Of a stretch of 64,000 nucleotides of DNA, positions 55,627 through 64,000 are shown in pieces. How positions within the stretch are numbered: position 1 is the first letter of the stretch; each line of letters opens with the position of its first letter. The stretch spans positions 7,526-71,525 of the forward strand of contig MHGF01000036.1 of the NCBI GenBank assembly GCA_001805445.1. The letters are read 5' to 3'. A program made the translations under genes and the position numbers. The notes beneath the pieces were generated by a model. The model made no database searches, was not told where the DNA came from, and was given only the letters and a program-made list of their open reading frames with translations. The DNA is from Omnitrophica WOR_2 bacterium GWF2_43_52. Its GTDB lineage: Bacteria > Omnitrophota > Gorgyraeia > Gygaellales > UBA12090.

Positions 55627-56629
55627 GGAGATTTTTAAGATAAAGATGTTCGGGAAGAGAATGCCTTTAGCAGTGACCTGGAGTATTACCGATAGATGTA
55701 ATTTTCAGTGTTACTATTGCGGCAGGTGGAAGATGAGTACGCAGGAGCTCTCAACAGATGATGCGATGGCGCTTATATCGGGTCTTGCAAACGCGCGGTG
55801 CCTGAGAATAGTCTTTGGGGGAGGGGAACCGTTATTGAGAAAGGACATAGGGCTATTAATTGATTTCTGTAAGAAAAAGGGGATTTCTACCGGCCTGATC
55901 TCAAACGGTTATTTTCTCGCAGAAAGGATAGACGAAATAAGGAATATTGATACGTTGGCATTGAGCATTGACGGAATTGGAGGAGTGTGCGATTTTATAA
56001 GGGGTACGTCAGGAGCCTATGAAAATGTCGTGGCGGCCATTAAAATAGCGAGGAAGAAAAAAATAAGAGTAATCCTGAATACTGTTTTAACAAGGTATAA
56101 TCTGGATCAGGTAGATTTGATTATAGAGTTTGCCACGAAACATGGTGCAGGGGTGATGTTTGGCCCTGTGAGCTCTATTCACTTCGGAGGCAGCGCAATA
56201 GATTCCCTAGTACCCGGCAAATCGGAATTTCGAAATATCATTGATACATTAGTTGGATACAAAAAAGATAAAAAACCTATACTTAATTCTCTTGCCGCGT
56301 TACATTATATGCATGATTGGCCATATTATAAGCAGATACCTTGTTATGCGGGAAGGGTTTTTTGTCATATTTCAGCAAACGGCAGTTTTTATCCCTGCGT
56401 GGCGCTGGAGGGCAGCGTTACGGCATCTTGCCTGCGTCATGATTTTAGTGAAGTTCTGGAGGCAGTTTCGCATAAGACAAGGCATTGTAATGGATGTTGG
56501 TGCACAGGGACATTAGAGTTTAACCAAATGTTATCCCTCAAACTAACGGCATTGATGAGTATTTTACATTTCGCTACATCTCCGCCAAAAATTAGGAACC
56601 GAAGAATTCATGAGCCATGTAAGATTTAA
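55595..56629 (+). CDS. Radical SAM protein with Twitch/SPASM-like C-terminus
   Basis: CNFQCYYC, GGEPL, SIDG, CYAG..G.FYPC..CNGCWC; ATG 55595 preferred by comparison with paralog 59436. Confidence 0.88.
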   Translation: MRLSKKLKACKEIFKIKMFGKRMPLAVTWSITDRCNFQCYYCGRWKMSTQELSTDDAMALISGLANARCLRIVFGGGEPLLRKDIGLLIDFCKKKGISTGLISNGYFLAERIDEIRNIDTLALSIDGIGGVCDFIRGTSGAYENVVAAIKIARKKKIRVILNTVLTRYNLDQVDLIIEFATKHGAGVMFGPVSSIHFGGSAIDSLVPGKSEFRNIIDTLVGYKKDKKPILNSLAALHYMHDWPYYKQIPCYAGRVFCHISANGSFYPCVALEGSVTASCLRHDFSEVLEAVSHKTRHCNGCWCTGTLEFNQMLSLKLTALMSILHFATSPPKIRNRRIHEPCKI

Positions 56630-56695
56630 TGATTTCTGCGGAAGAGGCATGATAGGTAATGAGGAAAGGATGAGGCAGGCCTTTATCGGGTAGTT

Positions 56696-58276
56696 ATGGT
56701 AAAACGTGATACGGTGAAATTTAATGGTGGTTATCAAAGAATATCTGTTTATGCCATTCTTTTCTTGGGGATAGGTGGGTATACTGTGTTCTTTACCGCT
56801 TTGCAAGTAATAAAATACAGGACCTTGTTTACTCTTAATCCAATTAGTTTAGCAGGCTTCAACCAAGTGGCAATTAATACCGCCAGAGGAATCCCTTTTT
56901 ATTGTAGCTTTAGTAATGATGTCTTTGCCAATAATCATTTCCATCTCATTTTTATTCTCCTTGCATTAGCGTATAAAATATATCCCCATATCTATACTTT
57001 ATTTTTTTGCGTAAGTTTTGCTTTAGGAATAGGAGGAGTTGGTATCTATTTGATAACAAAGAAGCTCTTTTCTAGTATTCGGATGGGTGTATTCTTCTTT
57101 ATCGTATATTTACTCTCGCCCGTTTTGCATTTTATAAATTTTGTTGATTTTAGGCCAATTGTATTGAGCATACCTTTTTTTATCTTTATGGTTTACTTCT
57201 ATATGGAAGAAAAATTTATTCCTTTCTTTGTTTTTTCATCATTATTTCTTATGTGCCAGGAACATTTGGCATTTTGCTTGATGATGTTCGGAATATCTTC
57301 TATTTTCCGGAGAAAAAGCCTTCAATGGATACTTATGCCAATTATCTATGGGGGAGCATGGTTCATAGTCACGGCAACAATTATTTTGCCTTCTCTCGGG
57401 TATGAAATCTATAGGCCCCTTGAGGATTACTTCCGCGGGGAAAGAAACAGTTTGGCGCACGGCTGCCTTTGGATACTGGAAAATCCTCTGGCAGCATTGA
57501 AAATTATGTTTTCTTCAAGCCATATTTCTTATTTGGCAATGATAGTTAATCCCGCTATTTTTTCCATGGCAATCTTCTCCCCCGAAATATTGGTTTTCGC
57601 CTTTCCAACTTTCTTGGAGTTGTTGTTGCGTACTGATGCGTACCAGTTTACTCCTGATTTAGCAACTACCAGTATTTCTCCTATTTTTGTTTGCCTATTT
57701 CTGGCGCTTGTCCATAGTTATAAGAAAATATTCACAGCCGTTAATTCTTTGAAGTTACCAAGTGCTATACAAATAGGTTTTAAGAAAATAATATTATTAG
57801 CTTTAGTTTCATGGACATGTACAGGAAATCTTGGAAATAATTTAATCTTTGATAAGAATAGCAGGGAGAAAGGAGTGGATATTGCGGAAAAATTCAAAAG
57901 AGCCACCAATATGTTTGACCCAGTTTTTTATACCATCGAGGAGGATGATTATCTGGCATGGCGTTTGATTTCAGCAATCCCTGTTGAGGCTTCAGTCGCT
58001 ACAAGAGGCGATTTGTTGCCTGCTTTGTCGAATCGTGCCAGGCTCTATGAGTTTGGCAGAGTCGGTTTTCAGAAAAAAGAAAAAGAGGTGGGAGTAGGAA
58101 GTTACCTTTTACCTGACTATATAATTTTTAGAAGGAAAACGTGTTTTTACGGAGCATATAACGATGAGATCGATGACGCAATGGCGCTTGATTTTGCTCA
58201 TAGGCTCATAAACGAGCATACGTATAACAGTGTTGTTGAAAATGATACCTTTGTGTTTTTGAAAAGAAATCCTTAG
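56696..58276 (+). CDS. DUF2079-like polytopic membrane protein (GT-C-like)
   Basis: HFH.I, DFRP, many TMs, IP..ASV..LSNR C-domain. Confidence 0.7.
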   Translation: MVKRDTVKFNGGYQRISVYAILFLGIGGYTVFFTALQVIKYRTLFTLNPISLAGFNQVAINTARGIPFYCSFSNDVFANNHFHLIFILLALAYKIYPHIYTLFFCVSFALGIGGVGIYLITKKLFSSIRMGVFFFIVYLLSPVLHFINFVDFRPIVLSIPFFIFMVYFYMEEKFIPFFVFSSLFLMCQEHLAFCLMMFGISSIFRRKSLQWILMPIIYGGAWFIVTATIILPSLGYEIYRPLEDYFRGERNSLAHGCLWILENPLAALKIMFSSSHISYLAMIVNPAIFSMAIFSPEILVFAFPTFLELLLRTDAYQFTPDLATTSISPIFVCLFLALVHSYKKIFTAVNSLKLPSAIQIGFKKIILLALVSWTCTGNLGNNLIFDKNSREKGVDIAEKFKRATNMFDPVFYTIEEDDYLAWRLISAIPVEASVATRGDLLPALSNRARLYEFGRVGFQKKEKEVGVGSYLLPDYIIFRRKTCFYGAYNDEIDDAMALDFAHRLINEHTYNSVVENDTFVFLKRNP

Positions 58277-58311
58277 GGTTTTTCTTTAGCGTAGCACGTT
58301 GCTAAATAAAA

Positions 58312-59364
58312 ATGTTTTATTCTGCGAGCATGGATGTAAAGGGATTGGCCAACCTGAAGGATAAGATGCGGCGTATTGTATCCTTTTCTTTGCCTATTTT
58401 GAAAGCGCGGTTTCTTAAGCGGAAAATACCGTTATTTGTAGGCTGGGAATTGACTAATCGTTGTAATCTGAAATGTAGATATTGCGGTGTCGCTCACGCG
58501 GTAAGGGGAGGGGAATTAGACACGCAACGCATTTTGTTAATGGTAGATGGATTAAAACTGTTAGGTACACGGTTTATCAGTTTTACCGGCGGCGAGCCTT
58601 TGTTACGGCCTGATATAGGTTTAATTATAGATTATTGCAGGCAAAAGAATGTTTTTACTTCTCTCAATTCAAATGGAATTCTGGTGAAACAAAAGATTTC
58701 TGAAATTAAGAATGTTAATTGCGTCTGTCTTAGTTTAGATGGAGCAGAGGAAATCCATGATTCTATACGAGGAGCGGGGGTCTTTAAAGCGGTAATAGAG
58801 GCTGCCAGGATTATACAAAGAACAAACATCCCGTTAAAATTTTTTGTCACATTAACAGGTATTAATGTAAATCAAATTGATTTCCTAATAAACATAGCTA
58901 TGGAATATAATGCGGTTTTAGTCTTCCAGCCATCGGTACAAAATAAGCTTTATTCTAACGAGGTTAATGAGATATGCCTCTCGCGCGCAGAGAACGAAAT
59001 GGTTTTTAGACAATTGATATGCCGCAAGAGAAGACTAAGGAAAATGGTGATAGCGAATTCATACATGAATTTAGCGCATCTTAGCCATTGGCCTCATCCT
59101 CGATATATCCGTTGCGCGTCAGGGCATATCACGGGCCGTATCAAGAGTAACGGCGATTTTGCCCCATGCAACCGTTATGCGCTTCAAACAGCCGCAGGCG
59201 CGTCTCTGAGCCCGATGGATTTGAAGAGAAAATACCTTGCTCTTCAGAATATTTCCTGCGAAGAATGTTGGTGCGCTAATCGGGTAGAATTAAACTTGCT
59301 CTTTGCCCTGCAGTTAGAGCCAATTATTAATAGCATTAGGTATTTAGCGAGCAATAAAAAATAG
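58312..59364 (+). CDS. Radical SAM protein with Twitch/SPASM-like C-terminus
   Basis: CNLKCRYC, TGGEPL, SLDG..HD.IRG, CASG..PC..CEECWC. Confidence 0.88.
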   Translation: MFYSASMDVKGLANLKDKMRRIVSFSLPILKARFLKRKIPLFVGWELTNRCNLKCRYCGVAHAVRGGELDTQRILLMVDGLKLLGTRFISFTGGEPLLRPDIGLIIDYCRQKNVFTSLNSNGILVKQKISEIKNVNCVCLSLDGAEEIHDSIRGAGVFKAVIEAARIIQRTNIPLKFFVTLTGINVNQIDFLINIAMEYNAVLVFQPSVQNKLYSNEVNEICLSRAENEMVFRQLICRKRRLRKMVIANSYMNLAHLSHWPHPRYIRCASGHITGRIKSNGDFAPCNRYALQTAAGASLSPMDLKRKYLALQNISCEECWCANRVELNLLFALQLEPIINSIRYLASNKK

Positions 59365-59435
59365 AATGAAAAAGCAGCTATGCAATGAATGCTGGCAGAC
59401 AATAGCAGGGGTGAATCCTGCTAAGGAGGCTGTGC

Positions 59436-60440
59436 GTGAAATTGCGGAATAAGTTGAAGATCGCCAAAGAAACCTTAGAAGTAAAATTTCTTAAAAAGAA
59501 AATTCCTATAGCGGTGACATGGGCGATTACCAATACCTGTAATTTGCAATGTAGATATTGCGGAAGGTGGAAAACAAATTCTGATGAGCTGTCAACGCAG
59601 GAGGCGAAGATAATTATCGAACAGCTTGCTCATGCTGGGTGCATGAGAATATCTTTTTTAGGAGGAGAACCTTTATTGAGAAAGGATATTGGAGATTTAA
59701 TTAATTTCTGTAAGGCGAAAGGTATTTCTATCAGTTTGATTTCGAATGGATATTTTGTTGCAGAAAAAATAAGCAAAATAAGCAATATTGATTTGCTGGA
59801 ATTAAGCATCGATGGAATTAATGATGAGGCAAATTTCTTAAGAGGCAAGGGTCTGTATGAAAGAGTGCTCACCGCGTTTAACTATGCTCGCGGAGCTGGG
59901 GTAAAAACGGTATTCAAGACGGTGTTGACAAAATATAATTTACATCACATAGGATCTATCCTGGAATTTGCCGTTAAGTGCGAAACGGGGGTTATGTTTG
60001 GCCCTGTAAGTTCTCTTCATTTCGCGAATGAAGAAATAAAGGAATTATTCCCCGATAGGGGAGAATTCAGAAGGGCTATAGAAATGCTTATGTGTGAAAA
60101 GAAACGAGGCAAGCCTATAATTAATTCAATGTATGCCTTACGGTATATGAGGGATTGGCCATATCCGCATCAGTGCCCTTGTTTTGCCGGCAGGGCGTTT
60201 TGCCATATAGCGCCGAATGGCATGGTGTATCCTTGTGCTGCTTTGGAAGGCAAAATAGAACCTTTCGTTTTTAAGGAATATGATTTTAAGAATATACTTC
60301 GTATTCTTTCCCGCGCTGATTTTAAGTGTGATGGCTGCTGGTGCAAGGGGACATTAGAATTTAATTACCTCCTTGCGTTGAAGCCATCTGCGCTACTATC
60401 GCTCTCAGATTGGATGGTAGTCTATAAAGAATTGATGTAG
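59436..60440 (+). CDS. Radical SAM protein with Twitch/SPASM-like C-terminus
   Basis: CNLQCRYC, GGEPL, CFAG..YPC..CDGCWC; GTG start with AGGAGG. Confidence 0.88.
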   Translation: MKLRNKLKIAKETLEVKFLKKKIPIAVTWAITNTCNLQCRYCGRWKTNSDELSTQEAKIIIEQLAHAGCMRISFLGGEPLLRKDIGDLINFCKAKGISISLISNGYFVAEKISKISNIDLLELSIDGINDEANFLRGKGLYERVLTAFNYARGAGVKTVFKTVLTKYNLHHIGSILEFAVKCETGVMFGPVSSLHFANEEIKELFPDRGEFRRAIEMLMCEKKRGKPIINSMYALRYMRDWPYPHQCPCFAGRAFCHIAPNGMVYPCAALEGKIEPFVFKEYDFKNILRILSRADFKCDGCWCKGTLEFNYLLALKPSALLSLSDWMVVYKELM

Positions 60441-60445
60441 AAATT

Positions 60446-61441
60446 ATGGTGATGACATTAAGGAAGAAGATTGGGTTCGCGATCCCATTGTTAAATTTTC
60501 TTTTATTTAAGAAGAAAATCCCTTTTTTCATCGGATGGATGTTAACGGCACGGTGCAATAAGCAATGTAAATATTGCAGTATTTGGGATAGACGGGAGGC
60601 CGAATTGGATACCGGCACTATTATAGCTGTCGTTAGACAATTATCGCGGTTAGGAACCAAGTTTATTTCATTTTCAGGCGGCGAACCATTGTTAAGAGAT
60701 GATATAGGGGAAATAATCGATTGTGTTTCGCACCATAAAATGTATGTAAAAATCAATTCAAACGGGGCGTTGTTTGCCCAAAAGATACACAGGCTCAGGA
60801 AATTGAACGAAATAAAGCTCAGCCTTGATGGCCCAGAGGAAATACAGGATGAATTACGAGGAAAGGGTTCTTACCGGGAAGCTATAGCTGCGGCTACTGA
60901 CGCTAAAAGAAATATGATCAAGGTCAGTTTTAACACAGTTCTCTCAGCGCATAATCTTACCTGCCTTGGTTTTATATTGGATATCGCTAGGAAATTTGAG
61001 GCAAAAGTCACTTTTCAACCAGCAACTCCTTTTTTACTGGGAGGCGATAAAGTGAATCCCGTTACGCCTTTGCAGAATGACTACAGACGGGCAATAGCCA
61101 TACTCATCAATACCAAGAAAATGAATAAGCATATAGCTAATTCATTTTCAGGGTTAGCGTATCTTTATCGCTGGCCCTATGCGGTAAGAAAAATGCATTG
61201 TTACGGAGGGCGCTTTGGCTGCCGCATAGAGGTTAATGGTGCTCTTTCCCATTGCGGCGTATATCGTCATAAGGAAGATAGTGGTAATTTACAGAATTGC
61301 AAGCACTCAGATTTTAAACTCGCGTTCCAGAGGCTCGCGGAGATTTATTGTAATGAGTGCTGGTGCGCTCCGGATATCGAGATAAATTCTCTAATTTCGT
61401 TGCAACCGGAAGTTTTATGGAATAGTTTATTTTCTGGTTAG
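60446..61441 (+). CDS. Radical SAM protein with Twitch/SPASM-like C-terminus
   Basis: CNKQCKYC, SGGEPL, SLDGP, CYGG..HC..CNECWC. Confidence 0.88.
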   Translation: MVMTLRKKIGFAIPLLNFLLFKKKIPFFIGWMLTARCNKQCKYCSIWDRREAELDTGTIIAVVRQLSRLGTKFISFSGGEPLLRDDIGEIIDCVSHHKMYVKINSNGALFAQKIHRLRKLNEIKLSLDGPEEIQDELRGKGSYREAIAAATDAKRNMIKVSFNTVLSAHNLTCLGFILDIARKFEAKVTFQPATPFLLGGDKVNPVTPLQNDYRRAIAILINTKKMNKHIANSFSGLAYLYRWPYAVRKMHCYGGRFGCRIEVNGALSHCGVYRHKEDSGNLQNCKHSDFKLAFQRLAEIYCNECWCAPDIEINSLISLQPEVLWNSLFSG

Positions 61442-61453
61442 GAATACTGCGCT

Positions 61454-62461
61454 ATGAGATTTCAGGACACTATGAGCTATTTAATCAGGTTATTGAAGAT
61501 CAAATTCTTTAATAATGGATTTCCCTTTGTTGTAAGATGGGATATTACGGCGCGTTGCCCCATGCAATGCAGATATTGCGATATATGGAAGCTAAAGATA
61601 AAAGAGTTAAATACCGCCACAATCCTGAGAATTATAGATGAAATGGCGCAGGAGGGAGTAAAAAAAATTTCTTTTTCCGGAGGGGAACCTTTGCTGAGGG
61701 AAGATATCTGCGAGATCGTGCATTATACCAAGGCAAAAGGAATATCCGCAGAGATTAATTCTACAGGGTATTCATTTGCCGATAAGGCGGAAAGATTGAA
61801 ATCTCTGGATTTAATAAAACTAAGCCTTGATGGCCCAAAAGAAATACATGATGTAGTACGAGGCAGGGAAGGGGCGTATGATTCTGTTATTGATGCTGCT
61901 TTGGCTGCGAAGAAACAAAGGATACCATTTAGGTTTTGCGTTACCCTGTCAGGGTATAATATCCAGTATGTTGGCTTTTTACTGCAGTTAGCCAGAGATT
62001 GTGAAGCGAAGATTGTTTTTCAGCCGTTAAAAGATATCAGGTATTTGAAGCATTGCAGTTTTATCTTTAAAACGGAGGAACAGCTTTTCCCTGCTCCTGA
62101 GCAGTTTCAGAAAGCGATACATATGCTTTTAAAATGTTGTAAAGAAGAAAGGCGCCTGATAAGCAATAGCCCTCAAACTTTGAGGCATATATATTATTGG
62201 CCAAAGTATGCAAAGCTGAAATGTTGGGCAGGCAAGATTTTTTGCATGATAAGTCCATCCGGCGAGATTTCGCCCTGTGATCGTCTTTTTTATGATGTGC
62301 AACTGCCTAACTGCGCGCAGACATCCTTTCGTCAAGCAGTTACAATGATGCCGCGTTTGCCTTTTTGTGAAGGGTGTGGTTTTTGGGGGTCATTGGTATT
62401 GAATTACGCTGCCAATTTTAAAGCTGATTTGGAATTGCTGAGAAAGGCAGCTCAATGCTGA
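61454..62461 (+). CDS. Radical SAM protein with Twitch/SPASM-like C-terminus
   Basis: CPMQCRYC, SGGEPL, SLDGP, CWAG..SPC..CEGC. Confidence 0.88.
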   Translation: MRFQDTMSYLIRLLKIKFFNNGFPFVVRWDITARCPMQCRYCDIWKLKIKELNTATILRIIDEMAQEGVKKISFSGGEPLLREDICEIVHYTKAKGISAEINSTGYSFADKAERLKSLDLIKLSLDGPKEIHDVVRGREGAYDSVIDAALAAKKQRIPFRFCVTLSGYNIQYVGFLLQLARDCEAKIVFQPLKDIRYLKHCSFIFKTEEQLFPAPEQFQKAIHMLLKCCKEERRLISNSPQTLRHIYYWPKYAKLKCWAGKIFCMISPSGEISPCDRLFYDVQLPNCAQTSFRQAVTMMPRLPFCEGCGFWGSLVLNYAANFKADLELLRKAAQC

Positions 62462-62488
62462 AAGACAGAGTGAACTATAAAAACTAAT

Positions 62489-64000
62489 ATGGCAAGGGTA
62501 AAATCTGTTAATGGTAGCTTTCATTATTCGGTGTTTATGCTTGTTTTTTTTATTGCTGCCTATACAGGTTTTTTTTCCTATTTATCGGTTTTAAAGTATA
62601 AAGCGTTTTTTTCCCTCGCGGGAGATGATCTGGCCATAAGTAATAATATTCTTTGGCATAGCGCGAAAGGTAATTTCTTTTACCAGAGTATAGGAGAGCA
62701 CCTTTTAGATTTTCACGCGGGGTTTTTTTATTTTTTCCTTTCCGCAGCGTATAGGCTCTATCCGCACATCCCTACCCTTTTTGTATTTGAACATTTCGCA
62801 TTGGCATTGGGAAGCATCCCTCTGTACCATATTGGGAAGAAATTATTTAATTCAAGGCGCATTGCTTTCGTATCTGCTGTAGCGTATCTTTTTTCTAATC
62901 ATCTCCATCAACTCAGTTTTGCGGATCAGAATCCTATGGTAGCATTTTCAGTAACATTTTTCCTATGCGCCTTTTATTTCTTTTACAAAAGAAATTTAGC
63001 AGGATTTGTTATCTTTGCTTTATTAACGATGGCATGCCGTGAGGATGCCGCTTTCACAATTGCCGCCTTTAGCCTCTATGCTTTCCTGAAAAGAACTGAT
63101 TTAAGATGGAAAGTTATCCCTGGATTGCTTGGGGGAGGGTATTTTTTGGTTTTTTGGCATTTTCTATCCCCTTTTTTGAATTACAGCCCGCACAATCATC
63201 CATATATATGGAATTTTTTTGGTGAAAATCAAAACAAGTATACCTTGAGTCAGCTGGTATTAAATAATTTTACTCATTTTATTCAGCGTATTATTCGTAT
63301 TGATTCTTTCAGAACGATAGTAAATTTTTTTATTCACCCGGTATATTGCGTGTTTTTTTTGTTTTCGCCTCTCATTTTTGTGTTAAGCTTGCCAACGTTG
63401 CTCGCAATTCAGCTGTCTGCCCAAAAGTATTTTGTCAGTCTCGAGTCAGTACACCATTTTGCCTTAGGGGTGCCGGTATTCTTTTTGGCCAGTTTATCCG
63501 GGATTTATAACATCGCTGCATTATTACAGAAGAATGGGATTCTCCGCAGCCATTCAGCTAAAAACAAAATGCTTTGGTTGTTGGTTATCTTGTTTTCTCT
63601 ATTTCAGGTATCTTCCAATTTCGGGAGGAATATCCGTTTACCCTATGGAGGATTGTACCGTGAGGATTTAGATATAGCCGACCATCGTTTTGTTGCAGCA
63701 AAAAATATGTATGACCCCGTCTTTTACCGACAAGATGAGCACGACAAGAAGGCATGGGATCTTATCACAATGATACCAACAGAGGCATCGGTTTCTACAT
63801 CTAAGACTTATCTCGCAGCATTATCTTCAAGGGATAAAATTTTTTATTTTGGCACAAAAAGAGAGAGCAACGACTCTGAGGGGCATGATTTTGACGTTGA
63901 CTATATTTTTTTGAATAAAAATAATGATTATTCAGGGTTTGGCGGAATAGAAATAGGCCATTCGGTTGTTGCTCAAAAAATGCCTATACTGCGTCAGAGA
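62489..64000 (+). CDS. DUF2079-like membrane protein, 3'-truncated (absent from the ORF track)
   Basis: Manual translation MARVKSVNGSFHYSVFMLVFF..DDLAISNNILWHS..; same frame gives AKNMYDPVFYRQDEHDKKAWDLITMIPTEASV, paralogous to 56696. Confidence 0.8.
   Translation, partial: MARVKSVNGSFHYSVFMLVFFIAAYTGFFSYLSVLKYKAFFSLAGDDLAISNNILWHSAKGNFFYQSIGEHLLDFHAGFFYFFLSAAYRLYPHIPTLFVFEHFALALGSIPLYHIGKKLFNSRRIAFVSAVAYLFSNHLHQLSFADQNPMVAFSVTFFLCAFYFFYKRNLAGFVIFALLTMACREDAAFTIAAFSLYAFLKRTDLRWKVIPGLLGGGYFLVFWHFLSPFLNYSPHNHPYIWNFFGENQNKYTLSQLVLNNFTHFIQRIIRIDSFRTIVNFFIHPVYCVFFLFSPLIFVLSLPTLLAIQLSAQKYFVSLESVHHFALGVPVFFLASLSGIYNIAALLQKNGILRSHSAKNKMLWLLVILFSLFQVSSNFGRNIRLPYGGLYREDLDIADHRFVAAKNMYDPVFYRQDEHDKKAWDLITMIPTEASVSTSKTYLAALSSRDKIFYFGTKRESNDSEGHDFDVDYIFLNKNNDYSGFGGIEIGHSVVAQKMPILRQR

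Noticed and set aside
526-62335. Numerous minus-strand and nested short ORFs in the track (e.g. 5120-5758, 9082-9504, 33729-34277, 35180-35743)
   Set aside because: Antisense or alternative-frame shadows of well-supported + strand genes, with no motifs
41913-62461. RiPP pathway (SPASM maturases plus precursor peptide)
   Set aside because: No credible precursor, PqqD/RRE or peptidase; C-termini are short Twitch-like and the context is glycan synthesis
47999-62461. Hopanoid (hpnH/J/P) or bacteriochlorophyll (bchE) assignment
   Set aside because: Only family-level motifs seen; no squalene-hopene cyclase or bch genes in the window

Overview
Bacterial chromosomal window in which every well-supported gene lies on the + strand. 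Gene style suggests an uncultured lineage such as Candidatus Omnitrophota; this is inference, not verified. The left half (1-32.6 kb) is housekeeping: rsmE end, mtaB, cvpA, NIF3, dnaG, rpoD, tRNA-Gly, yjbQ, thyA, gpsA, GIY-YIG, tRNA-Pro, groES, PilZ, hom, thrC, coaB, NTase-TPM-lemA, apgM, lysC, cimA, a Ycf46-type AAA+ module, valS, nadC, uvrB, birA and coaX. This half is densely populated by small repeat elements: (i) a palindromic cassette array between a small GIY-YIG nuclease gene and the 5' end of tRNA-Pro, (ii) MITE-like elements with CTAG/CTAT target duplications, (iii) a family of 8-mer-based inverted repeats, (iv) 7/8-mer tandem arrays inserted in frame in valS (x5), thrC and nadC (x2), and (v) a ~20-bp CCTGCC..GGCAGG palindrome for which an empty and a filled site can be compared directly. 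The right half (32.6-64 kb) is an apparently more AT-rich surface-glycan locus in which I found none of these repeats. It carries WecA-like, Wzm, Wzt with a duplicated C-domain, GT2/GT4 and GT-C-like membrane proteins, plus ten radical SAM domains (4 B12-binding, 5 Twitch/SPASM-type paralogs, 1 fused to a GT4).
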